This document shows positions 38,201-51,800 of a stretch of DNA of 64,000 nt, piece after piece. The stretch is from the NCBI GenBank assembly GCA_026770705.1, contig JANJGN010000007.1, positions 96,720,001-96,784,000 of the forward strand, in the 5' to 3' direction. Position 1 is the stretch's first letter. Every line of letters begins with the position of its first letter. The translations under genes were made by a program, and so were the position numbers. A model generated the notes under the pieces. That model was not told the DNA's origin. It saw only the letters and a list, made by a program, of their open reading frames with translations, and ran no database searches. Source of the DNA: Isurus oxyrinchus. Its lineage: Eukaryota.

Positions 38201-38520
38201 CACCCTTGGTATTCCTCTCTGACAATCATCTTGCTTCCCATGCCCATGCCAAGTTACTTTAACTTCGGTCAGGCTCTGCATAGGTGCATTCTGTCCGGTG
38301 TGTACAGGTTTCATTTCCCCCAGAGCCGATCCCAATAGCCCAGGAATCTAAAAATCTAAAGTCCTACCTCCTGCACCATTCCTCCAGCACGAATTAATTT
38401 GATTTCAACTCCTACTTTTATTTTCACTTTAGTATGTCTCTGAGAGTAAGTCGGATATTACTACTTTTGATGTTTGGCTTGCTAACCTCCTACTCAGCTC
38501 TCTAAATTCTGACTGCAGGG
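35230..38520 (-). mobile_element. CR1 LINE, decayed, in intron 2 of gene 1 (G-rich tract at ~35425-35481)
   Basis: AATCACAG tail at ~35230-35250; minus-strand ORF pieces QHGFVQGKPCITNFLEF and VRPQLEYCVQFW. Confidence 0.82.
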
Positions 38521-39202
38521 CCATCTCGGTGTCAGCAGAATTCTGGATTTAACTTCAAAGTCTTCTGCATTTCCCCTGTTATTCATTTTCTCCTGCTTTC
38601 CTTTGCATTCGGGTGAATTACTAAACTTACTGTATTTTCAAATTAGCTTTCCCTATACCCTTCTGAGTAATTACTTAAAATCCATCCCTATCTTCGGAGT
38701 TATGACATCTTCAGTCAGCATGTCTTTAAGTATCCAATTTAGGTGGATGTTGTTCGAAATGCTATTTTAAACTACTTGTAAACAAATTAATCATGAATTA
38801 GTCAAAAACTTTGACATGTAAAATATGACGAATTTCAAACCACATTTATGACTGATTATTTTATATGCTCTATGTTTAATGTTGAAATATTTATTTGATT
38901 TTAAATTCCTCCAACCTTTTCTATCTTGCATTTATACATTTTCCATCATGACTATTGATGATGTTATTATTTATTTCACCAGTGTCACTTTAGACATTGT
39001 AATCCGTTAATCGATGGGACGTATTTTAATTTGTTGTGGAATGTTAGATCAGCATCGCTTGTTTGTCACACAGAAAATAAAAAAAACATCAATCTCTTTA
39101 AAAATGAAACTGCTATTTGCTGTATATACAGTTTTACTTTTGTACTGGATTTGACCTAGCAGAAAATGTAATAACTTACAACATTCTGAAATTGTTTTAC
39201 AG

Positions 39203-39511
39203 TTCCCCCAACCCCACTGCACATTCACCGCCATATGATTAAACGTAATGCATCAGCTTATCTGATGGTTGTGTGTAAAACCTCTGAATTTTACCCAGGG
39301 ACTACAACAATTACTTGGTACAAGAATGGCGTGAATGTTGGGATCGGGATAAACACAATTCTGCAGCTAAATGCAAAAGGTCTGTACGAACTTTCCAGCA
39401 CTTTGGAAGAAACGCAACCTGTCAAAAACGGGACTATGTATACCTGCCAGTCATCTCATCTCAACGTCCAAAATTCCATTGCCTATCAATTTATTTCAAC
39501 TAGCACTGGAG
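39203..39511 (+). CDS. Gene 1 C1-set Ig domain exon
   Basis: Acceptor TTTTACAG|, donor GAG|GTACAA, 309 nt open: VPPTP..VVCKTSEFYP..ITWYKNG..NAKGLYELSSTL..YTCQSSH (C1 hallmarks FYP, W-x-K-N-G, Y-x-C-x-x-x-H). Confidence 0.92.
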
Positions 39512-39829
39512 GTACAAGTAACATTTCGAACCATTGAAAAGGACATCTGATAAATATATATTCGTAATTCAGGAGTATTTATCTTAACACTAATACATGT
39601 AAAGATATTATGAATACAATTTTTATGTTGAATCCAAACCTAGGTTTTGCTTCAACTCGTGTATATGGGCATCATTGGCAAGGCCAACAATTAATGCCCA
39701 TGTTTGTTTGCCACAAAAGGTTTTGCGCACATACTTTTTAAAGTGATGTAATTTTGGTAATGAATATGCACCCGCAATGCTGTGAAGGCACATGCAGAGG
39801 AGAAAAATTAGCAGTGGGAAATGGTGAAG

Positions 39830-42790
39830 TGTCAACTGATAACGAGGATATATTAGAGCGTTGCATCAGGTAGTTAGAATACTCGGAGTGTTTGATGGAA
39901 TTAGAGTAGCCAACAATAAGTCATTAAATGGGGTCAAGATAAACAAGAAAATTTTTAAAAGCCTAAATCAGGGCTAATGTGTATGCACGTATGGAGTGTG
40001 ATTAATTAGATTGGTGAACTGCGGGCACAGGTTGACAAATGGAATTATGATGTTATTGCTGTAACAGAGACGTGGCTCAGCAAGGACAGGACTGGGCGTT
40101 AAACATTCCTGGGCATAAGGTGTTTAGGAGAGACAGGAAAGAAAGAAAAGTGGGGAGTGGGCGTGGTCGAGTGGTAATATTGGTTAAAGATGGTATTACA
40201 GCAGTGGAAGGAGAGGGTGTTCCAGAAGGGTCAAGGGCAGAATCTCTCTGGCAAGAGATAAGGAATGAGAGAGGTGGACTAACGTTGACTGGTGTAGTAT
40301 ATAGGCCACTTACTAGTGGAAGGGATGTGGACAAACAAGCTTGCAAAGGTATTACGGAGAGGTTCAAACGTTATAAAGTAATCAATAAGGGACTCAAATA
40401 TTCAAATATAGATTGAGATATAAAAAATACAAAAGGACAAGAGGGGCGAGCGTTTCTGGAATGTGTTCAAGACAATTTTCTACAGTCCGACAAGAGGACA
40501 TACAATTTTGGAAGTGGTTCTGGGCCATGTAGATCAAATATCAGTGAGGAAGCATCTAGAGGGCAGTGGCCATTTTATCATAGGGTTTAGGTTAATCAGG
40601 GAAAGGACAGAGAACAATCCAGAGCAGAAATAATTAATTGGGGAAAGCCAACTTCGATGGGATAAGATGTTTCTGAACCAAGTGAGTTGGGATCAAATGT
40701 TGGCAAAAAAAAATAGCTGAACAATGGACCAACTTCAAAGGAAAAGTATTGTAGGCAAATTTAAAATATATTCCCTTGAAGGGGAAAGGTAGGACAAGTA
40801 AACCCACAGTGCCCTGGATGACGAAAGAGATAGAGGTAAAGATGAAAAGGAAGAAGTACGCATACAACAGATGTCTGGTAGAAAATGCAATGGAGAATCA
40901 GGCTGAATATAGAAAGAAAAGAGGGGAAGTGAAGAAACTAATAAGAAAAGCGAGGATAGAGAATGAAATGTATTGGCAGCGAACATAAAAGGAAACCTCA
41001 ATGCCTTCTCTATGCATGTTAATAATAAAAGGATGGTAAAAGCAAGAGTAGGGTCGATTAGGGGCAAAAGGGAACTTGCATGTGAAGGCTGTAGAAATAG
41101 CGGAGGAGTTGAACACTTTTTTTTTTCTGCCTTTATAAAGAAAAAGCTGGCTACCCATATGGATTTGAAAGAAGAGATAACTGCTATACCAGAAGAACTT
41201 ACAATTGAATGGAAGGAGGTGTTGGAACGACTATCTTGATTTAAAATAGATAAACCACCGGGACCAAATGAGATGCATCCAATGGTCCTGAGGGTGGAAA
41301 ATGCAGAGGCAGCAGTGATAATCATGCAGTCTTCCTTAGGCACAGTGGGTGTGCCAGAGGATCAGGGAATTCTGTAAGTTACACCCTTGTTCAAAAAATT
41401 GTGCAAGGATATAACTGGCAATCACTGGCCAGTCAGCTTGACCTTAATGGTCGGTAAACTTCTGGAAACTATAATATGGGACAAAATCAAAATCGCTTAG
41501 TCAAGTGCACGTTAAGTAAGGAAAGCCAGCATGGATTCATCAAGGGAAAATTATTTTTAACTAACTTTCTGGAGTTTTTTAAAGAGATAAAAGAGAAGGC
41601 TGGTAGGGGGAAAGCTGTTGATGTGGTGTATATGGATTTTGAATAGGCATTTGATACAATGACACAAAACAGGCCTGTGAGCATATTCTAGGTCATAGAC
41701 TAAAAGGGAAAGTCGGCATTTGGATAAGAAATCGGCATGAGTGAGATGAAACAGAGAGTAGTGATAAATGGTTGTTTTTCAAATTGGAAGAGGGTTTGAA
41801 GCAGAGCGCCTCAGGGGTCAGTGTTGGGACGCTTGCTCTTCTGCATTATATTATTGACCTAGGCTGTTGTGTGCCGAACATGATTTCAAATTTTGAAGAT
41901 GACAGTAAGATTGGAAACGTTGTCAATTGTGATGGGGATAGCCTCGAACTTCATAAGTGCATAGACATGCAAGTGGATTGGGCAGATAAATGGCTGGTTA
42001 AGTTCAATGTGATAATTGTGAGGTGATTCGTTCTGGCAGGAAAGATGTGCTGGGATAGTTTAAAATACAGGGAGATCCTCTAAAGGAGTTGCAGGAATAT
42101 ATGGACCTCTGTTTATATGGTCACTGATGATGGCAGGGCATGTGGAGTGAGCAATAAATAAATCATATAGTCGCTTAGGCTTTATTAATAGTAGCATTGA
42201 ATACAAGAGTAAGGAAGTCGTGATGACCTTGGATAAGGCAGTAGTTAGGTTTCATCTGGAGTACTGCATCCAGTTCTGGGCGCCATACTTTGCGAAGGAT
42301 GTGAAGGCATGGGAGACAGTACAGAGGGAATTCACAATAATGATTTCTGGGATGAAGAACTGTAGCTATGAGGATCGATTGGGGAGGTTGTGAATGCTTT
42401 CCTTGGAGAAAAGAACGCTGAGAGGAGACTTGGAGAAGAGTCTTCGTAATCTTGTGGGTAAGTAGTGAGAAAGTGGTCCCACTCAACAGAAATCCAAAAA
42501 CTAGAGGACAGAGATTCAAAATATTTGCCAAATTGATTTATGTGAGGAAAACTTTTTTTCACCCAGAGGGTGGTTGGAGCCTGGAACAAATTTCTGAAAG
42601 AGTGTTTGGGACATGCTCGATCGAGATACTTAAAAGGGAACTGGATTGCTTCCTGAAAATGAAGAATGTGCAAGCTTATGGTGATAAGGCAGGAGAGTGG
42701 GATTAGAAGGAATGCTCTTTCAAAGAACCAGCGCAGATTCAGTGGGCTGAATGTCCTCTTTCTGCACTTAGTAAACTGTGATGCTTTGAA
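39830..42790 (+). mobile_element. CR1 LINE (APE-RT-3' UTR), decayed, in intron 3 of gene 1
   Basis: VTETW..DWALNIPGHKVFRRDR, GVVYRP, SNFEDDSKIG motifs; CR1 3' end at ~42740-42790. Confidence 0.85.
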
Positions 42791-43596
42791 TTTTGATCCT
42801 GCAGTGATGAAGGAGTACAGTTGTATGTCCAATTATTGGTAGATACTCAGGAGGAGAATTTCAAATTCTGACTGAGACGGGAAAATGTTATCATTGATCC
42901 AGACTTGATCCCTCATATCATGGAAATTCCTCGGCATTTTTTGATATTCCTTTAAAAACACATAAATAAGTTTTCGATATGTATTGGAACAATAATGTGG
43001 AGTAATTAAACATTGCTAGGTCTACCTGCATGTGTGTTTGTATTAAACTTTTCTAATTAGAAGGCTGAGCTACGGTAGTGTGTTTGCTTTGGCTAAGAAT
43101 AGAAACCAAAGGGCGGAATACTGATCTGGCAATGCTAGTTTGAGAATTTGACTTCAGTTACAAAATGCTGGAAATAAAATTCTGGCTGCAGTAAAAGTAA
43201 CCATGGAGGTATTTCATTGTAGAAGCAGCAACGCCAGGCCACCACAATGCCAACGTATCCAGGAATCATGTTTCACACTTAACTCTTAGTTAGCTGCACA
43301 ATTGTGACATGCATTATAACGCAAAAGCCCGAACATGGCTTCTTTGAATATTGTTATGGGGGATGAACTAAAATATATGGCACGTTTTAAAATTACAATA
43401 CTAAAATTGTCTGACGCATATTTAACCAAGACTTGAAATGTGGAAGAAAAAAAACTGATGGCTCATAACATGCTTAGTAGTCCTTTAATATTATGGAAGT
43501 CCAGAAAATCGAAACTTCAAATAGATTGTAGGCGAAGTGGGAATGGAAGACACACGTGCACAACCTCAAATTTTATTTTTAATATTCATTTTACGG

Positions 43597-43710
43597 AAAA
43601 TGAGATTATATTGCGGTATATACATGTCTATGGATGCACAGGAGGTGGAATCTTGATTCTAGTTTTCGTGGTCGTCATGAGGAAGAGATATCCGATGATA
43701 ACATGTAAAG
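43597..43710 (+). CDS. Gene 1 transmembrane exon (acceptor appears mutated AG>GG)
   Basis: T-rich tract then TTACGG|; ENEIILRYIHVYGCTGGGILILVFVVVM-RKRYPMITCK; donor AAG|GTAGGA; 114 nt, phase 1-1. Confidence 0.75.
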
Positions 43711-43939
43711 GTAGGAAATAGTCCTGTTGACTTCAGTTCCGCTGTAACTTTCTTCTATTTCTATGATGAGGTGAAGACATTTCAGGAAGCATTGAGGTAT
43801 GCTGATGATAAACTTGACTAAGTGGCAGCACTCTAAACTCATATTAATTGATAGGAGAGCTAAACATATAAACAGGTGCAGAACAGGGAAAGCTCCTTTA
43901 GCTGATATCCTAAACTGAGATTTCCTCTACAGGATGAGC

Positions 43940-44215
43940 TGGATTTTAAAAAAATATCCCATGGTGTTGTTTAAGGAATAGCTGGAATGGTCTCTCGGCC
44001 GCCGGTCAAACATTTATTTCCCAATGCACATGGATAAAACATTTGAATTGCTTATTTATCCCATCGCTGCACATGAGAGCTACCGTGCCCAATTAGCGGC
44101 TGCATTTCTTATATTAAAACAAAGATTAAAGTTCCAAAGTATTTACTCGGCTGTGAAGCACATGAGGACGTCTAAACACCGTGGATACCGATGTCAAAAT
44201 ATAAGTTATTTCTGC
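43940..44215 (+). mobile_element. Deu-domain-type SINE remnant
   Basis: Degenerate match, from memory, to the DeuSINE core and L2-like tail (..CAATTAGCGGCTGCATTTC..AAAGTATTTACTCGGCTGTGAAGCAC..GGACGTC). Confidence 0.5.
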
Positions 44216-44899
44216 TCCCGTGTAAACGGATGTCATTTATTTCGGCTGATGATAGAACAAAGAGCAAACCAAGGAAAGTACCGCACAGGAACAGGTCCTT
44301 CGGCCCTACAAGTCTGCGCCGATCGTATTGCCTGTCAAACTAAAACATTTGCACTTCCGGGGTCCATATCCCTCTATTCCAATGTTATTCATGTCAAGCT
44401 GCATCTTAGCACCACTATCGTACTTGCTTCCACCACCTCCTCTGGCAGCGAAGTCAGGCTCGAATCTATGCGCTGAGTTTGTTTTGCTGCAGTGAGGCGG
44501 CAGAGTTTTGCTCCACTTCCCTGGAGCTGATAGGCAAAGGTTTTGAGCTAACAGAATTGCCCCTGTGCTGTACTTGTGTGGAAGTCATTTGAGGGCTGTA
44601 TCTCATGCGAGGTGCTTCCAACCATGGAGCAAGCTAAGATTCATTATCTAAGTTCAAGCATGATATTAATCACTGGTAACATACTCTTCACCTAATGGAA
44701 CTTCACCAAAATCAGAATCAGTAATTCCACAAAGGCCTGAGATGGGAATTTGAACATTGGAAATATCTAACAAGGTCTTGTTTTAGTGACTGAACAATAT
44801 GTTGTACTGTGCATTAAACGTACCAGAAATGGGTTTGTATTATGGAGAAGCTTATCAACAAATAATTAATTGGGACTATTTAATTATCCAAATTACCAG

Positions 44900-44943
44900 G
44901 GACAGAGAGTTCCATGGAGCGGGCAGAACACTCTGAAGATCAG
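44900..44943 (+). CDS. Gene 1 cytoplasmic exon 1 (GTESSMERAEHSEDQ)
   Basis: Acceptor TTACCAG|, donor CAG|GTAGGT; phase 1 to 0 joins the TM exon to the last exon in frame. Confidence 0.72.
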
Positions 44944-45399
44944 GTAGGTCTTATTATTCATTCTGATATGTTTCTGTACAAACAGAAAATTGGTGATGAC
45001 ATGCTTTGGTAGATGCTATGAGGATGAAACATGTCACTTAACCATTTAAGGGAAAACACATTTTTCCTAAAGTATCTACTTCAGATTTGAACGAGAAAAT
45101 TCTAAATTCCATGTTTTTTCCTGCAGAAATTCATTGTGGTCTTTAAATATCATTGCAAATGTTTCCCTCAGATATAACACACGTAGAATAATTTTGATGC
45201 AGTCAGTCACAACAGCATAAACTTTAAGGTACATACATGCATGTGCATGTACTGGCAGAACACATTGATCCCTTCAGGTACTGTTTGTTTTTTTCTGCGA
45301 AGGGAAAACCGTGCATCTTTCTCAGAACTCGACATTTAAGTCTCCTCAGTCAGGTTTCTTCCCCACCCTATATGAAATTGATTGTTAGACAAATGACAT

Positions 45400-46610
45400 A
45401 CGATATCCCATGTGACTGACACAAAGTTAAACTATTTCTTCCCATCCTGCTCGACCTGTATGCAGAATTGGATATGCCTGATGACACCATTATGTCCAAC
45501 GATTCAATGGTCTGGCATGTTGGTGCTGCACTCGTCTGGTACCATTTGTTTTGATTTAATCAGAACCATATAATCAGCTGATGTGTATTATCTTAATACT
45601 CCTGCATCATTGCCTCTGGTGAATCACGATTCTGTCTTCCCCCCCCCCAGCCCCACCCACTTCTCATCTGCTTGTTGGTGACCCCAGCAAAATATAGCGT
45701 CACCTCTGTCCTGTACACTGGCGACAGCCTGTTCTAGTTTATCACTCTCGACTCCGCCATTGATCTTAAGTATCAGGCTGTCTTTCCGAATTTATGTACA
45801 GGATTTAAAGAATATTCATCCCATTAAATATTGGAAATAATGAAGTCAATGTCTTCTTCTAAGCTCCACATTCTGGTCCCGAACAATCAAATCCATCTGT
45901 CTACCTGGCAACTGTCTGTGGTTGAATCAGATTGTTTGTAAACGTGGTGTTATATTTTCCACTCAGATGAACTTCTAACCACATATTCAGTAATACCATC
46001 TATTTCTGCTTCACAAAATCAGTTGGTTCCATTCCTGCCTTGGCTCATCTGCTGCTGAAGCACTCACCCATATATTTGTTACCACTAGACTTCAAATATA
46101 TCTGTGACCTGCCTCCCACATTCTAACCCTGATAAACTTGAAGGCATCCAAAACTCTGGCACCAGTCGCCTTACTCTCACCAAGTCACAATCAGCCATCA
46201 CCTATGCTAACCGACTTGCAATGCCTCTCAATTAAGCAATATTTCGATTTAAATGTTATCATACTTGTTTTCATCCCCTCTCTGTCCTGCGGCTGTCTAT
46301 CTTTGTAACCTTCTCCAGCTCCAAGTTATCTGCTCTCTCCTAAATCTAGCCTTTGAACATCCTTAAGTTTATTCGGTCAGCCATTCGTGGCCACTCTGCA
46401 GCAGCTAAGTCCATTTATTCTGGAGTCCTTCCCTAAACCTCTCCGTTTCTCCAACTCGGTTTCGTCCTTAAGCCTACTTTTTCCACTCTGCTTTTTGACA
46501 TCTGCCCTAATATCTCCTTATGCTTGGTCTCATACCATGCCTTATAATGTTTCAGTGAAGCGCCTGCTGATAGTTCATTGCGTTGAAGGTGCTATATAAA
46601 TGCAAAATTT
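45400..46610 (+). mobile_element. L2-clade LINE 3' portion, old
   Basis: Decayed LLDL..DMPD, HIFVTTRL, KLEGIQNS motifs; ends GTGAAGCGCC..AAGGTGCTATATAAATGCAA. Confidence 0.7.
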
Positions 46611-46892
46611 TGTTATCCACCTACAGAGAAGCAGTAGCTTGCATAATAACCATAATTTATCCCCCAATTTATGGCCCGCATTGGGGAAGATAAATATGAC
46701 ACATTCTGCCCGAATTACACACAATGACATTTGTGAGCAAGAGGGAAGACAACTAATCTTATTTTAATCTTCGAGTTGCAACTCTGTATTCGGCCTTATA
46801 GTGCGTTCTGTTCGATGTGGAATCCATAAACAACAATATGCATAATCTAACAAGTAAACCATATAACATGCATTACTTTGCAATTAATTCAG

Positions 46893-47030
46893 AGTTCAGA
46901 AAATGAGATGGTGCCTTACGCTGCATTGACTTTCACCAGGTCAATTAAAACGGAAAGTGCAACGGATCAAGTGGAGATGACTGATTATGCCCAGGTACGT
47001 TTAGAAACAAAAAAACCCCGCAAATCTTGA
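46893..47030 (+). CDS. Gene 1 last coding exon with ITIM (VPYAAL, 46911-46928) and ITSM (TDYAQV, 46980-46997)
   Basis: Acceptor AATTCAG|; SSENEMVPYAALTFTRSIKTESATDQVEMTDYAQVRLETKKPRKS*; too short for the ORF track. Confidence 0.85.
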   Translation, partial: SSENEMVPYAALTFTRSIKTESATDQVEMTDYAQVRLETKKPRKS

Positions 47031-47549
47031 GGGCAGGGTAAATTTCGCTTGAGGTGTTAACATTCTGAATCGTGGTTGTTTTGACTGGTGAGAAAACTGA
47101 AAATGGACACGTGCTAATTATACTTTTACAAAACTTGCTGTATAGATAATGCAAGCCGCAGTAGACACCAATCCGACACACCCCGCTCCAGCGTTGTTTG
47201 GCTCCAGGAAAACAGAAAAGGCTAATCGGAATGACCAAAAATCAGAATATGCACAGTTACGGGAGAAAACTCCATGACAACAGCAGATACCACCTGCTAC
47301 GAAAGGGAAATCACCTAATGTTTCGAACTATGTCGTGGTTACCCGTGATAGCCAATACATTAGTTTGCATCTTTATTGTGATTCTGCCATCAAACTTTTA
47401 GGGGCAACTTGCTTTAACAGGCAAATGCATCAACTGGTATCGGTCTGTTTTGTAAAACGTTATCTCGCCATGATACTGACACAGACGACTTCTTGAAAAC
47501 ATCAGTATGAATATAATTTCTTCGTTTTGTAACCAATAGCTTAAAGTTT

Positions 47550-47555
47550 AATAAA
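47550..47555 (+). terminator. Candidate polyadenylation signal of gene 1
   Basis: AATAAA ~520 nt after the stop, followed by ATTAAA and a T-rich tract; other AATAAA sites lie further downstream. Confidence 0.4.
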
Positions 47556-48879
47556 GCTATATTATCATTTCATTAAAACGAGATTATGGCACTTTGATAC
47601 TTTTTTTTGCAGTCGACGTTGTCCTTATCACTCTTGATATTTCATGGCATTATTTTAGCTCACTTTATTTGGGCTTATAATTTCGTTTATCAGGCATGAA
47701 TGAGGCGAATTCAATGTTTAGTGATATAATGTGACTCAATAGTCTCACAACGAAACGCTGAGTCCTGCATTTTTAAAAGTAAAAGCCCTGCGGAAAGCTG
47801 TATTATATTGGCGATACTGACAAGGCAAGTTTGTCTGTTGCCTGGATAACAGTGTCCACTAACTTGCGTCTCTAAACTCATATTAAGATAGACGAATCGA
47901 AATCATTTTTGTATATGCGTAATACATCCAATCTAAGGGGTGAAATGGGGTTGCGTGAAAATAGGAACAAAATGGCAGATCTGTGATGAGGCTGAAGTCG
48001 GGGGACATCAAATGACAAGCAGCTTGGTGGAAGAAAGCCAAAGGGAGCAGGGCCGGTGCAAGAGTTTCAAGAGCCCGAGGTGAACCTTCAGCACTGCATC
48101 ACGCCAAACCCCACAATTAACATTCTGAAATGAATCTTGTGTATTCATGGGAATTAAAATTCTGCATTTATTATTACGTTTATTTTACATGAACAAAGGA
48201 TAATAGTTTGATATTGATTGTACCATCTCATTGCTCCGCATTTATCACAGAATATGAAGGAATATATAGAATTTAGAAGAAAAGCACATTATGTGCAATA
48301 TGGCTCAAATGATGTAATAAAGTGTGCTCCTGGAAGAGCTACTAGATGGTTGTATACATAATTTACACAATCAATAATCATTACGATAAAGTGGGTTCGA
48401 TTAACTCATGTTCTTTGATATTAGTTACTGGTTCATAGTTTTGGAATAGTCATGCAGAAATAAAAGTTTGCAAAACTGTCGCACAAACAGGATGAGGACT
48501 ACAATATGAAATTTTGGGGAAGACTGCAATGTAAGCACATGGAAAACTATATATATATCAGTCTGTGTGGATGTGTACCAGTAGATCTAGACTTTTAATT
48601 CTCACTACTGACGCCTGTTTGCTTCCTTATTTAGTTTCATGACTAGCGCATTCAGTTTTCGACCGCCTAGTTCGCCAAATGGTTTTACTGACCCCAAAAG
48701 GGAGAAATAATGCGTGACAAATACAAAATATGTGTGCAGAAGATGTTCCCATGACAGAATAATGAATTGCTGCCCTCTGAAAGTAAAAACGAGAAAACAA
48801 GGTTAAGACTACAATGAAAAGTAGACAAAATCGGGGTGGAGTGGATGTGGGGGATGATGGGTGGGTGCAGAAATTACAG

Positions 48880-51800
48880 TCTGATATTGGTGAAATTAAT
48901 TTCGAGTCCGGATGAGTAAATATCCGAACGGAGAGATGAGATGCAGGTCCTAGAGATTGTATTGAGCTTCACTAGGACACTGTAAAGGATAGAAATATCA
49001 GGGTGAAAGCAAGGTGCGAGGGGCAGAGGCGGGTGTGGGTGTGTGGAGTGGATTAACATGGCAAGTCACGGGAACGCAGGGTCGTTCTTCTCTACTGAAT
49101 ATAGATGTTCTGCCAAGACGGCACCAAATATCTCCCCAGTGTAGAGGAGACCACGTCAAGAACAGTGAATACCTTATGCTAAATTGAGAGAAGGGCACAC
49201 AAATCGCTGCTTCATTTGAAGGAAGTGTTTGGAGTCTTAGACGAGAAAGTAAAAATGTAAGCGTTGTATTTCACGGGCATGTATGGAAAGGTGCTATTGA
49301 GAGGGGATGGAGCATTTAGTGTGATCAAAGAGGGGACCGGGTGGTACTGGCAGGAATTGTCCTATTGTCATGCTGAAAGTGAAGGGGGTTGGAAGATAGT
49401 GTATCGCGTTGGCATCATGCTGCCGGTAGCAGACATGGTGGAGAATGATCTGTTGAACACGGAGGCTCATGGGTTAAAGATGGGTGAAAGTGGGCACACT
49501 ACCATGGTTCTATACGGAAGGGGAAGGGGTGAGGGCACAAGTGCAAGAAATAGGCAAAATATAGAATCCTGGAATGGTTACAGCACAGAAAGAATTTGGT
49601 CGGCTTATGGTGTCGTTGACAATGTCTTCAGGAGCAATTCACTTTGTGCCAGTCCCCAGCCTTCTGCCCAGAACCCCACACAGTTTTCCTTTTCAAATAA
49701 TGATCCAGTTCCATTTTCAATGTCTGGTTTGAACCCACCTGCGCCAGAGCCTCGGGCTAGACATGCCAGATCCTAATGATTTGCTGTGTAAAAAAAGATT
49801 TTTCTTTTGCGTTGTTTCTTCTTTTGTCTATTACCTTAAAGTTGTGCCTTCTGATTCTTGGCCCGTCCATAGAAGGAAATATCCTCTCCCCATCTACTCT
49901 GTCCACATCCCTCATGATTTTCAAGGCCCCTAACAAATCTGCTCCCGAACCTCTGTCCTGCAAAGAGAACAGTCCAAACGTTTCCAAACTATCTACGAAA
50001 CTGAAGTTCCTCATCACTGGAGCCATTCTAGTGAATCTTTCTCCGCACCTTTTTAAGTGCCATCAGATCCTTTCTGAAAAGTGTTGCCCTGAACTTGACA
50101 CAGTTGAGAGCGAATCATTGTTTTATACAAGTTGAACAAAACGTTATTGTCTTTGTAACCCATGTCACCATTTCCAAAGCCAAGGGTTCTTTATTTTTTA
50201 TTGGCCACTTTCTCAAACTGTCTTGCCGAATTTGATAATTTGTGCACATATGCAGAAACCCCTTTAGAATTGCATCCTTTCTTTCATATTGTCTCTCTAC
50301 GTTCTTCCAACCAAAATGAATCACATTACACTACTTTTCATTAGATTTCATCTGCCACTTCTCCCCCATTCCCCAAACTGTCTATGTCATTTTGACGTCT
50401 TATAATATCCTCCTCATTTTCCAGGCGCTGCCAAGTGCTTCGTTGCCTGCAAATTGTGAAACTGTGCCCTGAACAACAAGGTTTAGGTCTTTAGTCAGGA
50501 GGGGAATGGGTCCAAACACCGACCCCTGAGGAATTCCGCCATCAACGTGCCTCCGTCTGAAAGGCAGCCATTCACGATGACTCTCTGTCCCCTGTCACTC
50601 AGCCAATTTCCCCATTCATGTTGTTGCTGACACGTTTATTCTATGACTTCTAACTTTACTCACAAATCTTTTGTGCAACACTATTATATGCTTGTGGAAG
50701 TCCACAGACACCACATCAGCAGTATTACTCTAATCAACCCTCCCTGTTATCTGATCTAGAAGCTCAATCAGGTTAGATAAACGCGACTTGGCTTTAACCA
50801 ATTCATGCTGGCTTTCACTAATTAACTCGCACCTCTTCCGAATTCTGTTTTCTAAGAGCTTCTCCATCAGAGAGCATAAACTATCTGACTTTCATTTGCT
50901 TAAGTTAGTTCTAGTCCCTTCTTTAAATAAGGGTGTAACATTTTCTGTTCTCCAGTCATTCAGCACCACGCCTGAGCCTAAGGAAAGTTGGAAATAAATG
51001 ACAAGTGCTTCCATAATTTCCACTCTCAAAACCTTCTGTGCCCCTGGTTGCATGTCATCTAGTGCTGGTTCGTTATGAACTTTATGTAGAGGCAACATAT
51101 CCAGTGTCTCCTCCTTATGTATTTAAACCTTAAGTTGTCTGAAACATATTCTCTTTCACCATGACTCGGGCAACAGCTTCTCTCTTTGTAGAAATAAATG
51201 TAAAGTACTCATTTCGGCCCTCAGCTATGTCCCCCTGCCCCCTTATGCATAAGTCTCCCTTTTGCTCCTGAGTTGTGGTGGGTGTGGTGGGTGTTGGGGG
51301 AGGATGGGGGAATAGGTGACTCATACTTTGAGGAAAAGAAAGACATATCAGAGGTGTTAGGATGTAAGGTTGCGTGACAAGAGCAGGTGCGACAGCGAGT
51401 CAGAGAAACTGCGAGTTGAATGGGCTCTCTATAGGTTGCAGGGTGTGATAAACTCTTGTTGAGGCAGCTGTGTGAGTCCGTGGGATTATAATGGAGACAG
51501 AGACGTCAAGAAAAGACTCAGAGATGAACTATCTGAAGGTAAGAGAAGAATCAAAATTGGAAACAAAATTGGTGAAAGTTTCCACTCTCAGAGTAGGGCA
51601 GGAAACAGCAACCGTACAGCGATTAATGTTCTGGAAAACAAATTAAGGTAGGAGGATTCCAGCAGGGCTTGAAAAAGACATGTTCTACATGTCCCAGTGA
51701 AATATGAACATAGTTAGGGCCCATGTGCGTACCCATAACAAAGTTTATTATTTAAAGAAGTGAGATGAGTTAAGAGAGAAATTGTTCAATGCGAGAACAC

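Larger units (their letters stand above)
31022..47030 (+). pseudogene. Gene 1: non-rearranging VJ-C1-TM-ITIM/ITSM IgSF receptor, six exons, probably recently disabled
   Basis: Exons 31022-31067, 34497-34798, 39203-39511, 43597-43710, 44900-44943, 46893-47030 with intron phases 1,1,1,1,0. About 320 aa if the V frameshift is repaired. Only lesions seen: V frameshift and GG acceptor at 43595-43596. Confidence 0.8.

Noticed and set aside
34497-47030. Calling gene 1 a TCR, IgL, IgNAR, NCR3 (NKp30), NCR3LG1, PDCD1 or SIRPA orthologue
   Set aside because: Fused VJ plus one C1 plus ITIM/ITSM fits none exactly; orthology needs phylogeny and synteny, so no symbol given.
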